Origin: an uncultured Bacteriovoracaceae bacterium
GTDB lineage: Bacteria; Bdellovibrionota; Bacteriovoracia; Bacteriovoracales; Bacteriovoracaceae
Length of the DNA: 64,000 bases
Direction of reading: 5' to 3'
NCBI GenBank assembly: GCA_964012805.1
Contig: CAXGUD010000019.1
Span: forward strand, 15,798-79,797
Positions 29,422-39,341 of the stretch are shown one piece after another. The notes beneath the pieces were generated by a model, which was given only the letters and a program-made list of their open reading frames with translations, made no database searches and had not been told where the DNA came from. The first letter of the stretch is position 1, and every line of letters starts with the position of its first letter. Both the position numbers and the translations under genes were made by a program.

Positions 29422-31498
29422 ACTTGAAGGTAATAAAAAATGAATCTTTGAGTGGCACACTCAGATTCGACTTTTTTTCTAGCCATTTGTAGAAGAAAAT
29501 ATTTCTATAAATTAATTTTACATAATTTCTAGTTTCTCTAAATGGAATTGATTCTATTATGGAGAGTGGATCATCTGAGTTGAAGATTTTTCTTTTCCAG
29601 TTTTCAATTCTTTTTTCACCAGCATTATATGCAGCCAATGTATATATAAGATTTCCTTTGTATTTATTTAGTAATTTTTTAAAATATCTAATACCTAGCT
29701 TTAGGTTAAGGTTTGGATTTTTCAATTGAAAGCTTTTTATTTGTTTTTCCATAGATCTAGCTGTACTTGGCATTATTTGCATCAGACCTCTCGCTCCAAC
29801 TCTTGAAATAGCTCGAGGATTGAATGCAGACTCTTGCCTTATCAAGGAGAGAATAACAATTGGATCTATAACTTTTTCAATTTTCTTGATTTCATTGAAG
29901 TATTCAAAAGGGAATAGAATTTTCAAATAATGATAGTTCAAAAGAAATTTTTTAAAAGTTAAAGATTTATGTATCATTTTAAAAGATCGAAGGTACTCTC
30001 TTTTGTTTGCAAAAAGTTTAACAATCTCTGTAAAAAGTAACCTTTCATGATCTTTTTTTGAAATAGCAATTTCGTTTGGATTCTTATAGACATCTTTTGG
30101 CGAAAGATTTGTCAAAAAATGAATTTCTTTTTCCTCCAATCTGTAATCTTTAAAAGAAACCCATATGAGAAGTCTTCTTAGGGAGTTTAGAAAATTTAAT
30201 TTAAACTGATTTATATTTAGCTTTTTTTCTTTTGAAAATATATTGTTATTAACTAATTGATCTTCCTTATTTTTGCTTGAAGATTTATTTAGTTCTTTTA
30301 ATGAAATGATAGAGTAAAAACTTAAAGGATTTGATGTTATTATATCTTTATACAATGTCTTTGCTAGAGCCTTTTCACCATTCTTTTTTAATGATACAGC
30401 GACCCAGAATTTAAGCTTGGTACTAATGTTGTTAAAATTCTCTATTAGGTTTTCCTTTAAAATAAAATTTTGAGCACCTCTGTAATCTTTTCTTAAGAGG
30501 TGAGTCCAAAGAATTAGAAACAGAGATTCACTTTCATCTTTTATAGGATTAAAGATGTTAGAGGTTTGAAAAATTGATGTGGCAAAATCGTAGTGACTTT
30601 CGTATAGGAACTTTTTACCAATTCCTGTGAATTTTTTCCAAGCATATTTATTGCTTATTAAATCTCTATTTTTTAAATAGAAACTTAATGTGTCTATAAC
30701 AAGGTTTTTGCTTTTCTCAAACTTAAATAGCTTAAAAGAATTGTCAATTTCCTTAAATGATTGTCTGAGTTGTTGCTTTTTTAACTTTTTTAAATTTATA
30801 TGGTGTTCATCTTGAGCTTGAAATTGTTTTAATGATTGAAAAGATTCTGGCTTTAAAGATTTTAATATTTGATCATTTATTTTTAACTCTTTTTTCTTTG
30901 CACTTGATACTACTAGATTTGATAATAAAGTGTATACGTTCGGCTCTTTTGACATTTTTTTTAAAAGCTTTGAAAATAATTTTTGATTTTCACCTTCTAA
31001 GTAATTTTCAAGATTCATTGATAAATAGTTAAAATTACTTTTTTTAAGAAGAAAAGAATTATCAGATGAATAAGCGATTTTAATGAATAAGTTATTACAG
31101 AATTTTTTTAATAATTTTGAAATATTATTAAAAATTGGATAGTGGTAATTTTTTTTAAGATGACAAGTTTTATGAAACTTGTCGTTTTTATTTAAAGCGG
31201 ATATTTTTTTGGCTTTTTTTAATATAAACTCGTAACTTTTAAATGAGAAAGAAATTCTTGAGAGCAATATTAACTTTTTTACTTTCTCATGGTTAAGCTT
31301 ATTTCTTTTTAAATCTTTTAAAAATACTTTAAAGTATTTGCCAAAAGTTTTGTCACTTTGTAGAGGTTTTAGTTTTTTAAAAATAAAGCTTTGATCTGAT
31401 CTTTTGAAATTGTTATTAATAATGGATTTATTGATTGATGAGTTAGCATTTTGTAGAAGAGAAATATATATGAGCAACATATAAAGTACTCTACTCAT
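29411..31498 (-). CDS. Soluble lytic transglycosylase (Slt-like)
   Basis: RQESAFNP, GARGLMQIMP, AAYNAG, ETRNYV; helical N-terminal region; signal peptide. Confidence 0.93.
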   Translation of the reverse strand: MSRVLYMLLIYISLLQNANSSINKSIINNNFKRSDQSFIFKKLKPLQSDKTFGKYFKVFLKDLKRNKLNHEKVKKLILLSRISFSFKSYEFILKKAKKISALNKNDKFHKTCHLKKNYHYPIFNNISKLLKKFCNNLFIKIAYSSDNSFLLKKSNFNYLSMNLENYLEGENQKLFSKLLKKMSKEPNVYTLLSNLVVSSAKKKELKINDQILKSLKPESFQSLKQFQAQDEHHINLKKLKKQQLRQSFKEIDNSFKLFKFEKSKNLVIDTLSFYLKNRDLISNKYAWKKFTGIGKKFLYESHYDFATSIFQTSNIFNPIKDESESLFLILWTHLLRKDYRGAQNFILKENLIENFNNISTKLKFWVAVSLKKNGEKALAKTLYKDIITSNPLSFYSIISLKELNKSSSKNKEDQLVNNNIFSKEKKLNINQFKLNFLNSLRRLLIWVSFKDYRLEEKEIHFLTNLSPKDVYKNPNEIAISKKDHERLLFTEIVKLFANKREYLRSFKMIHKSLTFKKFLLNYHYLKILFPFEYFNEIKKIEKVIDPIVILSLIRQESAFNPRAISRVGARGLMQIMPSTARSMEKQIKSFQLKNPNLNLKLGIRYFKKLLNKYKGNLIYTLAAYNAGEKRIENWKRKIFNSDDPLSIIESIPFRETRNYVKLIYRNIFFYKWLEKKSNLSVPLKDSFFITFKSTH

Positions 31499-31519
31499 TT
31501 AACTTTTTTCCTTTTGGCT

Positions 31520-32119
31520 TTAATAAATTTTTTTAAATCTAGTTTGAATTTCAGCAATCTTTTGGTTTATTTTTTCTATTTCGGACTTCTTGTTATTTGG
31601 AAATTCCTTACTTATTTTTTTTAAAAGTGAGTGTATTTCATTCAGGTAAACAACATCCCTGTTATAATTGTTTTGGATTGCAGAGAAGGTTTTATTGTAA
31701 TCCTCGGCTAAGTCTTTGAAATAATCTTCTTCTCTAAAGCTTAATTTTCCCAAACCTTTATTGTCTGATACTTTTCTCAAGTATTTTTGAGTTTTATAGA
31801 TCGGGCCTGCTATTTTATGACTGAAAAAAATAGAGATGATAAAAATGATACCAGTGAAAATAAATTGACCAAAAATTAATAGAATAATTATTTTTTCTCT
31901 TTGAGTTGATACAGCTTTAGATACTCTGGGAATTTCTTCCGTTTCTTTTTCGCAAATTTTTACTAAGTTCGATGAAATATCATTGCTGTATGATGTCATT
32001 AAGTTGTAAATGATAAACGGATAAATTAAGCTTGAAATAAAAACAACAGTTGAAATGAGTAGGCTAAATTTTAGCTGAAATTTTGGATTAATTAAAAATA
32101 TGGTTCTTTTATAAGTCAT
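31520..32119 (-). CDS. Two-TM membrane protein with HAMP-like segment
   Basis: Two hydrophobic segments followed by SHKIAGPIYK...FREEDYFKDLA. Confidence 0.7.
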   Translation of the reverse strand: MTYKRTIFLINPKFQLKFSLLISTVVFISSLIYPFIIYNLMTSYSNDISSNLVKICEKETEEIPRVSKAVSTQREKIIILLIFGQFIFTGIIFIISIFFSHKIAGPIYKTQKYLRKVSDNKGLGKLSFREEDYFKDLAEDYNKTFSAIQNNYNRDVVYLNEIHSLLKKISKEFPNNKKSEIEKINQKIAEIQTRFKKIY

Positions 32120-32317
32120 GTTGGCTTAATTTCCAGAAAATTCAACCATCGGTTCTTAGATAATAGTATTATTTAAAAACGTCTGTTGCTACCTTTCCCA
32201 AATTTGGCCCCTTTGACATTTTTCGCTGTTCTGGTAATGAAGGCTCTTTGCGTTATTTCTTGGTTTTTTCCATCTTCGAGTGTATAAGGGGCTTGAACTA
32301 ACTGAAAAGGGATAATC

Positions 32318-33490
32318 ATGATTTCTGAAATAAAAGACCTCATAAAAAGTACCGTAAATCCAGTTTCTGGAAAACCTGAAAGTGAGGAGAATAGGGTTAA
32401 GGATATTTTTGAATCGGAAGGGGATATAGTTATAAAGTACGATAGAGAAGGGCTCTCTCCAAGTCAAAAAAGGGTTTTTGAGGACAATATACTTAGTTCT
32501 GTTAAGGATAAAGTTCCCGCTGATAAAATATCCTTTTCCTCTATTTCCAAAGATTCAGGTGATGTTTATAAGAGTTTAAAAAGCTCTGATGATGATGGCC
32601 CTAAGAAAGAAACCTCTAAGCCGGTTGAAAACGCGACATTAAATGTTGGTCATGGGAAACCCGCTCCGAAAAAAGAGGTTCCAAATGTTAAAAAAGTTAT
32701 TGCAGTTGCTTCAGGGAAAGGTGGTGTAGGAAAATCGACTGTCTCTGTTAATTTAGCCCTTTCATTAAAAAAGTTAAACAAAAAGGTAGGCTTATTAGAT
32801 GCTGACATCTACGGTCCTTCACTGCCTATTTTGCTGGGTAAAAGAGACGAAAAGCCCAAGGCCAATGATCAGAAAAAAATTATTCCTTTGGAAGCCCACG
32901 GTCTTAGATTTATGAGTTTTGGCCTTTTTATTAAGGAAGGAGAGCCAGTTATTTGGCGTGGACCTATGCTAGGTGGTGTGTTGAATCAGTTTTTGTTTGA
33001 TGTTGATTGGGGCGAATTAGATTATCTTATTATTGACCTACCGCCAGGAACCGGTGATGTCCAACTTTCTATGATACAAAGTGTTTCCGTAGATGGGTCG
33101 ATTATAGTTTCCACACCGCAGGACGTGGCCCTATTAGATGCTATAAAAGGCTTTAATATGTTCACACAGGTTAAAACGCCTGTTTTAGGGATGGTTGAAA
33201 ATATGAGCTCTTTTATTTGCTCAGAATGTGGCGCATCCCACGATATCTTTGGTAATGGGGGTGTAAAAACTGAGGTTGAGAAGCTAGAGACAAATCTTCT
33301 TGGTCAAGTACCCCTAGATATCAAGTTAAGAAAGGGGTCTGATGAAGGAAAGCCTTATATGGCTTTTAATTTTGATGAGGGTGATGAAGTTTCTAAATCT
33401 TACATGGCCATTGCCAAAAATGTTGATAAAATTCTATTTGAGAGTAAAAAAGATAAGAAAGGCTTTTTTGGCAAATTTTTTGGGAAATAG
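32318..33490 (+). CDS. mrp: Mrp/ApbC (NBP35-family) Fe-S carrier ATPase
   Basis: VASGKGGVGKST, DADIYGPS, WRGPM, DLPPGTGD, ENMS, CxxC. Confidence 0.96.
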   Translation: MISEIKDLIKSTVNPVSGKPESEENRVKDIFESEGDIVIKYDREGLSPSQKRVFEDNILSSVKDKVPADKISFSSISKDSGDVYKSLKSSDDDGPKKETSKPVENATLNVGHGKPAPKKEVPNVKKVIAVASGKGGVGKSTVSVNLALSLKKLNKKVGLLDADIYGPSLPILLGKRDEKPKANDQKKIIPLEAHGLRFMSFGLFIKEGEPVIWRGPMLGGVLNQFLFDVDWGELDYLIIDLPPGTGDVQLSMIQSVSVDGSIIVSTPQDVALLDAIKGFNMFTQVKTPVLGMVENMSSFICSECGASHDIFGNGGVKTEVEKLETNLLGQVPLDIKLRKGSDEGKPYMAFNFDEGDEVSKSYMAIAKNVDKILFESKKDKKGFFGKFFGK

Positions 33491-33493
33491 TTT

Positions 33494-34054
33494 TTGAAAA
33501 ATAAAGGGTTATTAAAGGTTCTTAAAGAACAATTTGTGTTTGGTTTTACAGGCAGAATTAATGTTCTCTTGGGGCATAATGACCAATATTTAGGAGCTAT
33601 TTTTCAGAAAGATGGCAAGGTCATACACTCTGAATATGAGGGCTTCAGGAGTAAAAAGGCCCTCTACAAAATTATTTTTGACGATATCGACGACGATATT
33701 TCCCTAAAGTTCTTAATTGAACCAGAAATTATTTCAGAGAACATTCAAACCTTTGAATATTCCTTTGATAGTCTTTATGAAAAAGTCAGAGAAAGATATC
33801 CACTGTATAGTAAAACAAAAAAGTTAAAACCGCCTATAGATATTAGGTTAGGTGTTTCTTCTGCTTTCGTTATTGCTGGAGAAAAGATTTTACCTGAGGA
33901 ATTTGATGTTTTATGTAACATCGTTTTATCTCCAAAGGTAGCTGACATTTACTCAAACTCTTTGCTTTATGATTACGAAATAACAAATTATTTAGTGTCT
34001 TTGAGGAAAAAAGAGGCCCTAAAGGTATTAGGGCCTGCGGTAAATGAAGCTTAG
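33494..34054 (+). CDS. Hypothetical protein, DUF4388/PATAN-like N-terminus
   Basis: TGRINV...GAIFQKDGKVIHSEY...KKALY resembles that family; TTG start 3 nt after mrp stop. Confidence 0.6.
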   Translation: MKNKGLLKVLKEQFVFGFTGRINVLLGHNDQYLGAIFQKDGKVIHSEYEGFRSKKALYKIIFDDIDDDISLKFLIEPEIISENIQTFEYSFDSLYEKVRERYPLYSKTKKLKPPIDIRLGVSSAFVIAGEKILPEEFDVLCNIVLSPKVADIYSNSLLYDYEITNYLVSLRKKEALKVLGPAVNEA

Positions 34055-35010
34055 TTAAGCGCCTTTTTAAACTCCTCAGTCAGAAGAGGGACAATTTTAA
34101 AAAGGTCTCCAACGATGCCATAGTCCGCTTTTGTAAAAATCGGGGCATCGGGATCTGTGTTAATCGCAACAATAACCTTTGACGTTCTCATTCCTGCAAG
34201 GTGCTGGATAGCTCCGGAAATCCCACAAGCTATATAAAGGGAGGGTGAAACAGTTTTTCCCGTTTGGCCAACCTGCATATTATGTGGAGCATACCCAGAG
34301 TCGACTGCGGCTCTAGAGGCACCTACTGTAGCTCCCAAGACTTCTGCAAGTTCATCTAGGATTTTAAAGTTTTCGCTATTCTTCATTGCTCTTCCTCCAG
34401 AAACAATGATATTTGCTTCTGTAAGGTCAAGCTTCTCAGAGGCTCCTTTAATAACCTCTTTAACAAATGCTCGAATTGTTCCTGGTTTAACTTCAATTGA
34501 ATTCTTTTCCCCCGAACTAGGAGAGGGGTCTTCTGGAAGTCCAAGAGAATTAGGCCTAACCGTAACAAAATGTGGTTTTGGACCTTTAATTTCAACTTTT
34601 GCGAGGCATTTCCCCGCAAAAAGAGGTCTTGTTCCATGGAATTCATTGTTTTCGATAACAAAATTAGTCACCTCACTTGCCATGCCAGCATCGAAATGAC
34701 CAGCCAAGCGTGGAATCAGGTCTTTACCTTGAGATGTCGCACCAGCAAAGACGTAGTCGTATGAGTTGGATTTTAGGAACTCTGAGTAAGCCTGTGAATA
34801 ACCTTCAGGGGAATAGACAGATAAGTTTTCTCCACTTAGTGTGTGAACTTTTGAAGCCCCATATTTGGCAAGTTGTTCGATTGCTTCGCTGCTGAGTTCT
34901 CCTAGGGAAGCAACTTCAATATCTTGACCGTTAAGTTTTCCAAGAATCTCTAAAGTAACTGGCTTAACATTATTACCACTTGTTTCAGTTAGAACTAGTA
35001 TTTTTGCCAT
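34051..35010 (-). CDS. etfA: Electron transfer flavoprotein alpha subunit
   Basis: LTEANIIVSGGR, GASRAAVD, QVGQTGK, GISGAIQHLAGM; GGAG SD before ATG 35010. Confidence 0.98.
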   Translation of the reverse strand: MAKILVLTETSGNNVKPVTLEILGKLNGQDIEVASLGELSSEAIEQLAKYGASKVHTLSGENLSVYSPEGYSQAYSEFLKSNSYDYVFAGATSQGKDLIPRLAGHFDAGMASEVTNFVIENNEFHGTRPLFAGKCLAKVEIKGPKPHFVTVRPNSLGLPEDPSPSSGEKNSIEVKPGTIRAFVKEVIKGASEKLDLTEANIIVSGGRAMKNSENFKILDELAEVLGATVGASRAAVDSGYAPHNMQVGQTGKTVSPSLYIACGISGAIQHLAGMRTSKVIVAINTDPDAPIFTKADYGIVGDLFKIVPLLTEEFKKALN

Positions 35011-35060
35011 TCTTCGCTCCACTTTTTAATTTGTGATGTATATTCTAATTTTTAATATAT

Positions 35061-35849
35061 TTAAATGACCTTCGCTTCATTCCTCAGTAGGTTAACTACT
35101 TGCTGGACAGTTTCAAGCTCCTTCGATTCGTCTGACGCGTCAAAAGTTTTTCCAGGAGGCTTTTCTGGTGGTAAATGGAAATTTGAGTAATGGACTCTTC
35201 TGTCTTCGGCTTGGACTCCAACATCACTCAATGAATATTTGGTAAGAGGCTTTCTTTTTGCTTTCATAATGCCTGGAAGTGAAGCATATCGAGGAGTGTT
35301 TAAGCCTTTGTTGCATGCTATAAGAACAGGTTGTTCCGCCTCATAAACTTCTAAAGCCCCACCTTCAACTTCTCGTTTTAAGACTAGTTTACCATCTCTT
35401 TGTTCAAATCCTACAACGACTGAGACAGAAGGGATGTTCATCATTTGAGCAAGGAGTTGTGGAACTTGTAGGCAGTCATCATCAATAGCTTGCTTCCCAG
35501 TGAAAATAAGATCTGCTGATTTACCAGATTTATCGATAGAACCTTTAAGAGCTTTTGCAGTCATGTAAGAATCGAGATTATCTTCAGCTTCTACTAAAAT
35601 TGCATCATCTGCACCCATAGCAAGAGCTGTTCTCAGAGCTTCTGTGTCATGGACCTTTCCAACTCTCATCACTGTTACTGTCGAGCCAGGGTTGGCTGCT
35701 TTGACTTGGAGCGCTTGTTCAACAGCAAATTCATCGTAAGGGTTCATAATCCACTTTATTGAACTTGTTTCAATGAAATTGCTATCTTGATTGGGTACAA
35801 TTTTTGTTTCGGTATCTGGAACTTGTTTAATGCAAACTAAAATATTCAT
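35061..35849 (-). CDS. etfB: Electron transfer flavoprotein beta subunit
   Basis: CIKQVPD, NPYDEFAVE, ALAMGAD, GKQAID, PRYASL. Confidence 0.98.
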   Translation of the reverse strand: MNILVCIKQVPDTETKIVPNQDSNFIETSSIKWIMNPYDEFAVEQALQVKAANPGSTVTVMRVGKVHDTEALRTALAMGADDAILVEAEDNLDSYMTAKALKGSIDKSGKSADLIFTGKQAIDDDCLQVPQLLAQMMNIPSVSVVVGFEQRDGKLVLKREVEGGALEVYEAEQPVLIACNKGLNTPRYASLPGIMKAKRKPLTKYSLSDVGVQAEDRRVHYSNFHLPPEKPPGKTFDASDESKELETVQQVVNLLRNEAKVI

Positions 35850-35989
35850 AACACTCTCCTCTAAGAAAATTTAAAAGAAGGGTCAGATAAGATTTATCTC
35901 ATCTACAATTATTAGAGTATAGTGTTACTCCGAAAAAATTTGTAGTGCAATAATTAAGTTATAAAATTCGGGAAGTTATTCTTGTAAAA

Positions 35990-36448
35990 CTATAGAGGAG
36001 TAGCTGTAGGAGGAATACAGCTGGGAAATGTAAAAGATTTATCTAACTCTTTATAGAAATTTAGTTCTTTTAATGGAAGCAGGACAAAACTTCTTTCAAA
36101 GAGTCTAGGGTGTGGGACTGTTAATATAGGTGTGCTTAGCTTGTCCAACCCGATAAATAAGATATCTAGATCTATAACCCGTGGACCTTTATCAATATAT
36201 TTTTTTCTACCAAGCTCAATTTCAAGTTTAATGAGTAGCCTCATAATGGAGTTAGGGCTTAGATTGGGTTTTTTAAATTCTAAAACTTGGTTAAGAAAAG
36301 AGGGTTGGCTAGTGTAGTCAACTGCTTTTGATTTATAAATCCGACTTTCTGAAATAATTTCAAAATGTTTAAGCAAGGCAGCCTTCCCACTACTTAAGTT
36401 TTCTAATTTATTTCCAATATTTGAACCCGTAGCAATAATGAGAGACAT
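35990..36448 (-). CDS. folK: 6-hydroxymethyl-7,8-dihydropterin pyrophosphokinase
   Basis: GSNIG, FLNQV, GPRVIDLDIL, PHPRLFERSFVL. Confidence 0.96.
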   Translation of the reverse strand: MSLIIATGSNIGNKLENLSSGKAALLKHFEIISESRIYKSKAVDYTSQPSFLNQVLEFKKPNLSPNSIMRLLIKLEIELGRKKYIDKGPRVIDLDILFIGLDKLSTPILTVPHPRLFERSFVLLPLKELNFYKELDKSFTFPSCIPPTATPL

Positions 36449-36462
36449 CAGATAAATGCCTT

Positions 36463-36624
36463 TTAATTATCAAGCTTTTCTTGCTTGGTTGTTTTTTTTT
36501 TGTTTTCTTCAAGTAGCTCTTGTATTAGCGACGGAGGAGGCTCTTTTGTGGGTGAGGTTGGATTTGATTTCACTCCACACCCGGCAATGAAAATTATTAT
36601 TATAAAGCAAATTCTAAAATTCAA
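36463..36624 (-). CDS. Small lipoprotein, LptM/YifL-like (53 aa); not in ORF track
   Basis: Manual translation from TTG: MNFRICFIIIIFIAG|CGVKSNPTSPTKEPPPSLIQELLEENKKKTTKQEKLDN*; fills the gap between two co-oriented genes. Confidence 0.7.
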   Translation of the reverse strand: MNFRICFIIIIFIAGCGVKSNPTSPTKEPPPSLIQELLEENKKKTTKQEKLDN

Positions 36625-37645
36625 GTCCAAAACCTATTGAGTAAAAATCAGTTCCTACGTCTATTCTGGTGAACCAGCCTGGTACAAGGCTTTTTAGAAT
36701 AGATGCACCAAAAATGAAAGCTTTCTTTCTCAATGAATTCATTAACCTTGTTTCAGCGTCAATGTCTTGTTGAGTCATACCCGTAGAGTATACACCTTCT
36801 CCAGGACTAGATGCTTGCAACATTTGATACCCAACATAAGGAAAGAGAATTGAATTCATTGGTGCAATAAAGGCATATTTAGCTTTTAAAACGATGTTGG
36901 ATAGTTTTGTATCAAGACCTAATGCAGGGAAGTCTCTAATAATATTTTGACCATATGAAGCTTCGATAAAAATGTTGTCTTGCAATTGGTAAGTCCAGTG
37001 AGCACTTAATTGACTATACTCAACTGGATTACCTGAGGTGTTAACACCTGGAACCCTACCTATGTGTAAAGAAATAAAGTTGTCAGATTTAATTTTTCTT
37101 TTTTTATCTATATCGTCGAACTCTTTCTCTTCATCCAAGATAACAGTTTCGTTAAAGAGGTCGTCTGTTCCCTTAATAAGCGATTCAGATTTATTTTTCT
37201 TTTGTTTGTTTTTTTTGCTAAGGGCTAGTTGCGTGAGGTAATAGCTATCATCGCCTTTTAATAATTCTAATTCCCGTTGAGGCTCGAGTCTTTTCCATAA
37301 TTTTGGTTCATAAATTTTGATGATTTTTATTCCTGCCAACTGTCTTTTTGTTTTTCCAACCAAGCCTCTGGCGACAAGCTTTTTGTTTAATATGAGGGAA
37401 ATGAAATCTCCAGGCATAAGTGAGCTATTTTGATTAGAGATTAGGAAGATTTTTTTGTTTGGAGATGTTTTTTTTATTTTTTCAGAGCTTGTTTTTGGAG
37501 CGGCTAAGTGCGGTAGCGTTGTTTCAAGTGAGGTGGTGTTTGACGTGTTATTTTCTAAAAATGCAAACTCGTCAACTTCTTGAGAAAATAAATATGCTGT
37601 AAACGTACAAAAAAAAAATATTGTTAGTCTTGTTAAGTATTTCAT
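36614..37645 (-). CDS. Hypothetical outer-membrane protein with C-terminal small beta-barrel
   Basis: Signal peptide; C-terminal amphipathic strands; ends YSIGFGLEF. Confidence 0.72.
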   Translation of the reverse strand: MKYLTRLTIFFFCTFTAYLFSQEVDEFAFLENNTSNTTSLETTLPHLAAPKTSSEKIKKTSPNKKIFLISNQNSSLMPGDFISLILNKKLVARGLVGKTKRQLAGIKIIKIYEPKLWKRLEPQRELELLKGDDSYYLTQLALSKKNKQKKNKSESLIKGTDDLFNETVILDEEKEFDDIDKKRKIKSDNFISLHIGRVPGVNTSGNPVEYSQLSAHWTYQLQDNIFIEASYGQNIIRDFPALGLDTKLSNIVLKAKYAFIAPMNSILFPYVGYQMLQASSPGEGVYSTGMTQQDIDAETRLMNSLRKKAFIFGASILKSLVPGWFTRIDVGTDFYSIGFGLEF

Positions 37646-37812
37646 AAATCAATTGTATAAGTTCCCAGCAACATGGGTCATGAGAAAAAACTGCCTAATT
37701 GACAAGTGGTGTAGGTTAAGTCTTGTTGACCTTGGTGAGTATTTTGGTTACCTTTACTTAAAATTTTTTTAACAAGAAGCCTTCTTTAGTTGGCTGTTTT
37801 TGGGGAGCATTT

Positions 37813-38502
37813 ATGCAACAGGGATTTGAGGAATCTGGTAATATGAATAAAATCCAACCTACCCAGAAAATGTTTGTTGCTGTCGCAGGAAACATTGGGT
37901 CCGGCAAAACAACCCTGACTAAAAAACTGTCTCAAAGACTAAATTGGAAACCACAATACGAGCCTGTAGATAACAATCCTTATTTAGCTGACTTTTATAA
38001 GGACATGTCGAGATGGTCTTTTGAGCTACAGGTTTATTTCCTTACTCACCGGTTCAACTCACATAGGTTAATTGAGTGTTCAAACTTTAGTGCCATTCAG
38101 GACCGCTCAATTTATGAAGATGCTTATATTTTTGCTAGAAGCCTCTTTGAGAAAGGGCATATGAGTAAAAGAGAATATGAAAATTACTATAGGCTTTTTA
38201 TGACGATGACTCAGTTTATGGGATCACCAACACTAATGATTTTCTTAAAGCGTTCTGTGCATAAACTAATGGAAAGAATCAGAGAGCGTGGAAGAGAGTG
38301 TGAGAAGGAAATATCTACGGATTATATTTCTCAACTAAATGAGTATTACCATGACTGGTATGAAACTTACAATCTTGGTAAGGCCATCATAGTTGATACA
38401 GATGACTTAGACTTTTTGAACAATGAAGATCAATTCGAACGTCTTGTTCAGAAAATTCAAGATAGCATGGAGCAACAAGAACTTTTTTATTCTTATCATT
38501 AG
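37813..38502 (+). CDS. Deoxynucleoside kinase (dAK/dGK family)
   Basis: AGNIGSGKTT, EPVDNNPYL, QVYFL, DRSIYED, RIRERGR lid. Confidence 0.95.
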   Translation: MQQGFEESGNMNKIQPTQKMFVAVAGNIGSGKTTLTKKLSQRLNWKPQYEPVDNNPYLADFYKDMSRWSFELQVYFLTHRFNSHRLIECSNFSAIQDRSIYEDAYIFARSLFEKGHMSKREYENYYRLFMTMTQFMGSPTLMIFLKRSVHKLMERIRERGRECEKEISTDYISQLNEYYHDWYETYNLGKAIIVDTDDLDFLNNEDQFERLVQKIQDSMEQQELFYSYH

Positions 38503-38574
38503 ATTATTTCAACTTAACTCTAAATAAATCTTAATTTTTTTGAAAAAGCACCGAAGCCCTAAAAAGGTAATAGT

Positions 38575-39282
38575 ATGGTTAAGGGGGCTTTGATGAAAAA
38601 AATTGGAATTGTTTATTTTGTGCTAATTTCACTTTTGGCGGTTTCCTGTTCAAAAAGTTCCAAGAAGTCAGACCCAGAAAAATCCACAGAAAGTGTTGCA
38701 AAAACAGAGGACTCAAAAGAAGAAGAGTCAGATGAGCTAACCTTAAATGAGGATGACTTAGAAGAGACAAAAGAAGAAGAGTTGATTAGTGAAGATGAGC
38801 CAGAGCAAAATGATTCTGCTACAAAGGACAAAGTTCAGGATAACACCGCACCCCAGGAAACTTCCGAAGTAGCAGATGAAGGACAAAACAAAGAAATAGA
38901 TTTGAACCTTTCACCTGGTGTTTACAAAGTTCAGAAGGGTGAGACTTTAATGCTAATAGCTTTCAAATTATACGGTGATTATGGTAAGTGGAAAAAAATA
39001 CAACAAAATAATCCTCAGTTAAAAGGAAAGCCACTTAGAGCAGGTATGAAAATAGCTTATGAGGCACCATCTGAAAAGTTTGACTGGAGTCCTCAGGGAC
39101 TCCCTCACTTAATTAAAAGAGGTGACACTTTAGGAAAGATTTCTAAAAATAAGTATGGTACTTCAAAAAAGTGGAAAACAATTTGGGATAACAATAAGCC
39201 ATTAATCAAAGATCCCAACTTGATTTTTGCAGGTTTCACTTTGTATTATGTGCCCCTGGGTAAGGAGCTCGCTTCCTGGTAG
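38575..39282 (+). CDS. Lipoprotein with acidic linker and two LysM domains; start probably 38593
   Basis: LLAVSC lipobox; YKVQKGETLMLIA and HLIKRGDTLGKIS...DPNLIFAG. Confidence 0.92.
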   Translation: MVKGALMKKIGIVYFVLISLLAVSCSKSSKKSDPEKSTESVAKTEDSKEEESDELTLNEDDLEETKEEELISEDEPEQNDSATKDKVQDNTAPQETSEVADEGQNKEIDLNLSPGVYKVQKGETLMLIAFKLYGDYGKWKKIQQNNPQLKGKPLRAGMKIAYEAPSEKFDWSPQGLPHLIKRGDTLGKISKNKYGTSKKWKTIWDNNKPLIKDPNLIFAGFTLYYVPLGKELASW

Positions 39283-39341
39283 TCTTGGCGGTCTGAGGAA
39301 CCTTACCATAAGATAAGTTTTAAAACGATTGGCTTCATAAA

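Noticed and set aside
32189..32467. Short nested or antisense ORFs (also 824-1012, 17298-17555, 34383-34895, 47222-47542, 53420-54031, 60422-61093 and similar)
   Set aside because: Overlap well-supported genes and show no recognisable motifs.
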